Source of the DNA: the human T2T-CHM13v2.0 reference genome, Homo sapiens
Assembly: GCF_009914755.1 (NCBI RefSeq)
Contig: NC_060925.1
DNA length: 64,000 bases
Strand: one strand, 5' to 3'
This document shows, piece after piece, positions 57,101 to 64,000 of this stretch (within the stretch, counting starts at the first letter, position 1; every line of letters starts with the position of its first letter). Both the position numbers and the translations under genes were made by a program. Under the pieces are notes generated by a model that made no database searches, was not told the origin of the DNA, and saw only the letters and a list, made by a program, of their open reading frames with translations.

Positions 57101-59289
57101 AGGAGCAGAGCTGCATTCCTGCCTGCCCGCTTCTGAAGTTCCCTGGCTTCTCTGGTCCGGGCATTGCCTGGGGGACAGGTCAGTGATCACGACAGGCTTT
57201 AAAGTGAGGGCCAGGACTCACTGATGCTGTGCCCTCTGAGCTAGGGTGAACCAGGAACCTGAGCCCAGGAGGGCAGTACCCTGGCTTTCTGAGCTCCCCA
57301 GGAGGGCAGTGCCAAGCCTGCCCGGGGCAGCCCCTCCACCTCCTTCCTGAGGAGCAGGCAGGGGCCAGGCTGAAGGCTGCAGGACTCCCTGCAGGCCCTG
57401 CCCGCAGGGCATCCTCCCAGTTTCCTCTTGGGTTTGTTTTCTTCTCTTGTTCTGAACAGATCAACATTTGTCTCTGAACATCTTGTCTCTGAATGCTGAG
57501 GTGTTTCTGGTTGTCACATTAGGGGTGGGGTGTGGAGTAGGGAAGGGGAGAAAGTAAACGAGCTATTTTGGAGACTCGGGGGAAGAGCAGGCAGGCAGGA
57601 GCAGAGCCAGGCAGCTTGGCCTTGAGGGTAGGAGACCCTGGGCCCTTCACCCCCACCCATGGGCAGTGTCAGCCTGGGATGCTGGGCACCAGAGCTCTGT
57701 GCAACCCTCATTCCCTGTGCGTAACTGACTTGCCATGACCTCTGGCCCTGCTCCCTGCTGGAATTTTCTTCAGGCTAAGGGGTGGTCACCTGGCCCCTAG
57801 CAGGGGTCCTTATCTGGAAGTGGACCTGGCTCGCTCTGGAGGGCAGCAGAGGTCCTAGGGCCCCAGCACCTAGAGGTATTACTGGGCATATACCCTTGTC
57901 ACTTTGTCCCAGTCAGTGGAGCTGATGACCTCTTCTTCTGACAGGCTCATCAGGACCAGGAGAGAGAGCAGGGGGTCACCTTGGCCCCAGTCATTCAGAA
58001 AACACTTACTGCGTACTTACCATACACATGTGGGGTTCTAGAAATCCAAAGATGAGTCAGAGGGGGCCATGCTCCTGACAAAAGCCAAGTCGGGTAGAGT
58101 AAGTGGCAGTCAAGGGAAATTAGGTGACAAGAAATGGCAACAGTAATACAAGACGGATCATGAGAGGTGCCACAGGAGTCGTAAGAAAATAAAGTTCAAT
58201 AGGAAGTGAGAGGAGGAATCAATAAATCCCACCTCTACGTGGGATGAGGTGTAGGAGGTGTTCAGAGAGGCTTCCACAAGGAACTAGAAGTTGAATTGGG
58301 TGGGCCTTGTAGGATACTGACTTAGTGCCTTAAATAATTTTTTCAAAGAGTCACATTATAAATACATACATAAATAAATAAAATTTCCATGTGGGTAGAG
58401 CTAAACCATATGCAGCGTTAGGGAAAGGGGGAATTTTCTGGTCAGGTGACCAGCTCAAGCAGAGCTTGGACAGTGTGGGGCCTGGGTGGGCAATAACCAG
58501 GAATTCCATTTGACTGAATAGCGGGTTCTTGGATAGTGATCCGGGCTAGACTGAATTCCTTCTGGGGTAGGGACTCATCCGTTCTGGGCAACCCAGAGGC
58601 CCTGAGAGGCCCCAAGTGCTGGCTCGTCGGAGGGTGAGCATAGGTAGAGGTGGGTTCTGGACACTGGGACCAGAAGGTCCTGGCTCAGCATGGGGTGGGG
58701 GCAGGGCCAGGTCCTGTTCCTAGGGGCACCCATGGAGGGGAGAGGAGGGGATGTTTCTCTGCTGGGACCTAGGCCTTAGTGCGGGCCCTCAACCAGGAGC
58801 CAGGGATAGCTCAGAGATGCTTTGTTTGGCAGACCTTCTCATTTCCTGCCTCTTACCCCCGGGACTGCCCCACTGTCTTCCAGCACTGCCTGGGCACAAG
58901 GATCTTGCTTCCCTGGAAGGCTCAGTCCCTCAGTCCCTCACCCCATCCCCACAGATCTTACTCTGCCAGTGTCTTTGGCTGTGTTCTCAATTTTCCCTTC
59001 TCCTACACTTCATCCTTAATATAGGTTTTTGGGCCTGAGTCTCCTTATGTTTATCTGTCCATCTGTCTCCCTGGCCCTTCTTCCTGGGCTCTCCTCCCCT
59101 GCCCCCGCTGATTGTATGCAGTTCCCAATGATTGGTGTCTGTCACCTCTCCCCTCGACCCAGCCTGTGCCAGATTCCTGGAATGCTCTAGGCTTTGTGCT
59201 GAGTTTTACAAGTATCATTTCTTTGCATCCTCAAAACAACTGTACCAGGTAGATACTACCCTCATCCCCTCAAACATAGCAAGCAGATT

Positions 59290-59620
59290 GTAGCCTCAGG
59301 ACCTTTGCACTACTCATCCCTTCTGCCTCGAACTCTCCGGTTCTTCGTATGACTCACTCCTTCACTCTTCAGGGCTGTTCAGGTGTCACCTTGTCATTAA
59401 GGCCTTACCTGACCTCTCTATTGGAAACAACTCCCCTATCCTCCCACCCGTTATCTCCTTTTTCTCTTTATTTTTTTTCATAACCCTTAGACCACCTGAC
59501 ATACTGTGTATTTTGCTTGTTTATTTGTTAAAGTCGGCCTCCACTAGAATGTAAGGTCCCGGGGCAAGGGTGGTTGTCTGGTATTTTCCCAAACACGGTG
59601 TCTTGTACTTGGTAGGCGCT
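59290..59620 (+). mobile_element. L2 3' fragment nested in a MIR
   Basis: cctcaggacctttgcac...ccactagaatgtaag...ggtaggcgctc. Confidence 0.65.
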
Positions 59621-59896
59621 CCCTTTTTCACTTTATAAATGAAGACCTTAAGGCTTGGAGAGGTTAAGGAACTCATGCAGGTCTCATATGCAGTCAGTAG
59701 CAGAGCCCAACTTGAACCCAGAAGTGTGTGGCTTTACATTTCTAGGGACAGTCCAACGGTGGGGTTGGTGGAGGAGGATGGTAATAGGGCTGAACAACTG
59801 GGCCTTTGGAGAGGGGTGAGTTTTCAACAGGACACAGGAGCCCAGGGGGCGCAGGGAGTTGGGAGGAGAGGCGCTCTCCTGCTTAGAGGATGGGAG

Positions 59897-59917
59897 CCTG
59901 CTGTCCAGGGTGCTGAG
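59897..59917 (-). promoter_or_regulatory. RE1/NRSE (REST binding site) in KCNC4 intron 1
   Basis: Minus strand CTCAGCACCCTGGACAGCAGG versus consensus TTCAGCACCNNGGACAGCGCC; both half-site cores intact with a 2-nt spacer. Confidence 0.75.
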
Positions 59918-61919
59918 ACCCTCCTGCATCCTCCCAGCAGGAGAGGAGCTGCCCCTGGTGGAGCCAGTTCACCGGCAGTTTTCTACTTGGGAAGTTTTGC
60001 CTTCCAGCAGAATCCATGCCCTTTGTGGTGGAAAGAACTAGCAGCTTCAGCCATGAAAATCAGGACAAGCAAGCACTCCTCCCTGGGCCTCAGTTTCTTC
60101 ATCTGTAAAACAGCAGAAATGGAGTTGAACTGGATAACTTTCTCAGTCTCCGTTTTTCACTTCTAAAAAGCAAAGATTCTGTGGTATTTTGGCTCCAGAT
60201 TCGGCTCACCTTCAAAAGCTGCACGCAGAGGACCCTAACCCTCCTCAACTCTTATCTCCATTTTATGGAGCACCTATTGGGTGCCAGGCATTTACCATGT
60301 AGAAGCTCATTTAATCCTACCGTAACACTGTGAAGGGGGTACTAGTACTGTCCCCATTTTATATAGAGGAAACAGGTGCAGAAGTTACCATTCATTTACC
60401 TGGTTGAGTGGCAGGGCCAGGATGAGGAATCCCGGAAGTCTAAACCCGGGCCCAAGGCTTCTAGTGTAGGGTTCCTTAGCTGTTCTCTGCCCTTAGTCTG
60501 TCAGCACAGGGGCCCATGAGAGGGAGGCTCGGATCTCCACTGCCAGCTCTGTAGGATGGCAGGATGGTCCAGTGGGGAATGAATAGAAGGCTCAAGGCTG
60601 AGGCTTTGGCCTCTAAGCAGGGTGGTGTTGCTGCAACCACCTCTTCTTCCCTTGGCCCCCTTTAGTGCTAGGAAGCCCTAGTCAAGGGAGCTGTGTATCC
60701 CTGCCCACAGGGATACACAGTGGATACACAGTGTGGACAGGTGAAAAGGCCTGGTGAAAAGCACCATTTGCAAGCAGGGTCAACCACTTATGAAATAATT
60801 CAGTTTGGGGAGCAACATAGGGCAGAAAGGAATAATTTGGGCCCTGAAGGGGAACCTGTAACCTCAGGACCCACCTGGAGCAAGGTGCCACAGCTCAGGC
60901 CGCATCTCTGTCTCCTTGGGGAGTGAGGGCTTCTTGGGGCCTGCTGAGTGCCTGCTGCCCCAGCCCTGGAGAGGCCACAGTGGAGATTGAGGCCCCACCA
61001 AGGTTTCAACAAAGGAGGAGGGGATTATACCTACCTGCTCGGTCAGAGGGGCCAATTGGAAAGAGCTTTGAGCTGAGAGTCAGGAGACTTGGCCTCAGTG
61101 TGATCCTGAGCAAATCATCTGCCCTCTCTTGTGCCTCTATTTCACTTAAAAAATGGGCACACATGACCACTCTTTAGCTCCCCTCCTCTTCTCAGGGTGG
61201 AGGTGAGGGGTAGCAGTTAATAGTAGATGGAACAGTTCTGTGTTTTGAAAAAAAGCAAAGGTGAATGGACAGACAGGAATCCAGGGGGTTGTTCCCTAAT
61301 CCAGGATGTGGCTGGTGCCCACGGGGCCTGAAGGACTCTCTTGCCTGCTGCAGAATGAGCCCATGGTGGTGGCAGTTGAGGAGGGTAGCAAGGCAGGCTC
61401 CCTGGCCCTGCTATGAGAGGATGGCCGGGGCCATGCCGCCCTCCCTCCCTCCCTCCCTCTGCTCACCCTCTTGGCAGCTCTTCCTGAACTTGTTTTTCCA
61501 AGTCACTAATTAACTTCACGCTCAGTTTCCCAGGTGGGCCTACTCTCCTGGCTAACTTTTCCTCAGAGAGCCAGCTTCTGCTTCCCATGGTTCCTGGCAG
61601 AATTGGGATATGCTGTCCCTGCCCCTTACCTCAACCACTCTGTTTTTCAGGAGAGAGGGTGGTGCCAGGACTGGACTCCTGGCATGGCCACGGCCACGGA
61701 CAGGCACTTTTGCCAGCCCACCTAGGGATGGCCATGGAGAGCCCACAGGCTGGAGCCATTTACTTAATGCCCATATCAGCCTGTATTGACTTGGCAGCCC
61801 CTTTCTCAGAGGAGGAAGAATGAGGCTAGAAAAGGAACTTAAATTTACCTTCACAGGGGAGAAGCAAGCAGGAAAAACTCCAGCAGTGTCGTAAAATTGG
61901 GAAAGTGTGTCTGTGTAAT

Positions 61920-62913
61920 TGTTATTACACATGCATTTCATCTCCATTCACCCCCTGGACCTAGCCTTCTCCTTCCATGCTGTTTCTGATCAACCCATCC
62001 AAGTTAAAGTGCGAATGAGGTACAGTGAGGTGTGTGATGGGGGACCTGTCCTAAGCCTGAGGCACACTTTCCCACGGGTGAAATAGCAGTCATCAGGGAG
62101 CTAACTGGGAACAGGATCAGTGATTCAGAGATGGCTTTCCCAGGCCTGTGAATTGACCCTGCCTGGGAGGTGGTGAAAACACTGTGGTATGACGAAAAGG
62201 TACAGCCTTTGAAGTTAAACAGTTCTGAGTTCAAATCTGGTTTTCATCCCTTCCAGGCTGTGTGACCTTAAGCAAGTATGTAACGTCTCTGATGTTCAGT
62301 TCATCCTGCATAAAATGGGATGATGAGGCGTGCCTCACAGGGTCATTGGGAGGATTGAAGGCGATTGAAGCATATACAGAGTGCTTAACAGTACCAGGCA
62401 CAGAAGAGACAGCTGATAACTGTTCATTCCCAGATTTTCCCCCTCAAACTTGCTCCTGCTCCAGTAGCCCTGGAGGTGCTGCTGCTTGCTTCATTTTCCC
62501 AGGTCCCCTTGTATTCTTCATTGGTGTTTTGCAGTACTAAGAACAAGGTATGCCCTCCCCATCCCAGTGCAGACTCCCAGGGAGGAAAACCTCTCTGAGT
62601 CCTCACTGGACAGGGGACGGGCACATGCCAGTGCCTGTCCACACAGCCAGGTGGAAGTCAGGGTAGGTCAGGCAGGCATGGGGATTACCAAATGGTACCA
62701 TGAGGCCACAGACCTCCCTTACCCACCTATTTAGGCTCAGCCGTCTGGTCAAGGAGGAAGCCCAGTCCAGCCATCGTGCAGGACAGGCGGCAGCAGGAGG
62801 CATGAGACTGGACCCCATCAGTGGGCATCCTGACAGTGGTGGATGGCACGGCATGAATAACACATGAAGCCTCCATAATTGGTGTTATTACACATGCATT
62901 TCATCTCCATTCA
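61920..62913 (+). repeat. Perfect 31-nt dispersed direct repeat (61920-61950 and 62883-62913)
   Basis: tgttattacacatgcatttcatctccattca is identical in both copies, 932 nt apart. Confidence 0.95.
62190..62420 (+). mobile_element. MIR
   Basis: ctgagttcaaatctgg...gctgtgtgaccttaagcaagt...ctgcataaaatggga...gtgcttaacagtaccaggcaca. Confidence 0.75.
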
Positions 62914-63294
62914 TAATGATTGGACACTTAAACCCAGCCGCCGTTCCTCTGCCGAGTGCTGCTGTCATCCTTCTAGCCGAGATCCCAGCAGCTGTCGAGA
63001 TCAGCCCCTGCCACTCTGATGCTGATGCGTATGGTTCCTTTTTCTTTGGAGCTCAGAGTTCCAGGAAATGTCAGTTTGTGGGAAGGAGTGAGACTGGTTC
63101 TTCTGACCAGACCACCCTCTCAACTGCCATGGTGCATGTTGTCTGCCTTTAGGGGCTTCCTCACCATCTAGGCAGTCAGCGGGGACATCCTAAGGTGAGA
63201 GGCAGGAGAAGAGACTATGGATAATAGGCTCAGCCAGCAGAAAGTGGTCCAGGGTCATTCCTTGCAGCAACCTGCCTCGGAGCATTCCTTCATA

Positions 63295-63620
63295 CAGTGG
63301 ACTTCAAACTAGTGTGCATTAGGATTACTTAGAAGGTTTGTTAAAACATTGCTGGATCTTACCCTTGGCATTTCTCACTCAGTAGCTTTAGGTCAAGTTT
63401 GAAATTTGTGTTTCTAACCAAAGGACCAGAGACCTAATGCTTCTGGTCCAGGACCATACTTTGAGGACCATTGCCTTAAAGCCCAGTTACTGCAACTGTG
63501 GTGCATGGACAGAGCCTCACCTGAGTGCTTATTACAAATGCAGAATCACAGGACCTGCCCCAAGCCTCTGGATCAGGAATGCATTGTAACAAGATTCCCA
63601 TTGCAGCTTGAGAAGCCTTA
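63295..63620. mobile_element. Two adjacent MER5-like hAT MITEs
   Basis: cagtggacttcaaact...catactttgaggaccattg, then cagttactgcaac...aaatgcagaatc...ttgagaagcc. Confidence 0.7.
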
Positions 63621-63933
63621 AAATGCAAATGGGTCAGAGGTGGGCAGAGCTATCAAAGGCAGGTCTAGCAGCTGTAGATACCTGACCAGTGTTTCCAGCC
63701 AAGAGCAGCTTCTATCTTTTGTGACAAAGATTGGGAAACATTGCCCGAGAGCCCCCAAGCATATGGATAAAGACCCTCTGAGGAGGGACTTCCAGCCCTG
63801 ACTCCATACGTTAATCCCACCTCTCACTCTGGAATGCCCTTCCTGGTAACCTTCATGCAGAAGTCCACGTCCCCAGCTGGGCCCATCCATCCCTGTCTGA
63901 CAGCTGCCCCCTGCTCTCCTCCCCTGCCCATAG

Positions 63934-64000
63934 GTAGTGGCCTTTGCCTCTCTCTTCTTCATCCTGGTCTCCATCACCACTTTCTGCCTGGAGACCCATG
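63934..64000 (+). CDS. KCNC4: KCNC4 exon 2, 5' part (S1 helix), truncated by window edge
   Basis: ctctcctcccctgcccatag| VVAFASLFFILVSITTFCLETH, in phase with exon 1. Confidence 0.96.

Overview
Human/primate genomic DNA, recognised as the SLC6A17-KCNC4 locus (human 1p13.3). On the + strand lie all 11 coding exons of SLC6A17, the synaptic-vesicle neutral amino-acid transporter NTT4/B0AT3. The spliced CDS 7883-39414 reconstructs to 2184 nt = 727 aa with consistent intron phases, and one intron is GC-AG. A ~3.75 kb 3'UTR ends after AATAAA at 43149; the non-coding first exon is upstream of the window. After ~7.5 kb of intergenic DNA comes a CpG island with KCNC4 (Kv3.4) coding exon 1 (52470-53147), a 10.8 kb intron and the first 67 nt of exon 2. 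The rest is intron/intergenic DNA with Alu, MIR, L1, L2, MaLR/ERV1 LTRs and DNA-transposon relics. Almost all other six-frame ORFs are spurious, and no prokaryotic-type system or CRISPR array is present. Best leads: (1) a tandem array of miR-218 sites in the SLC6A17 3'UTR, each with matching 3'-supplementary sequence; (2) a candidate 12-nt in-frame microexon or recursive splice site behind a G:U-rich hairpin in SLC6A17 intron 6; (3) an AUG arrangement in KCNC4 that could set how much channel carries the inactivation ball; (4) an unexplained perfect 31-nt direct repeat in KCNC4 intron 1; (5) a strong RE1/REST site and two co-oriented CTCF-like motifs. All were found by eye; none is experimentally or computationally verified here. 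Repeat family names and boundaries are from recalled consensus resemblance and are approximate.
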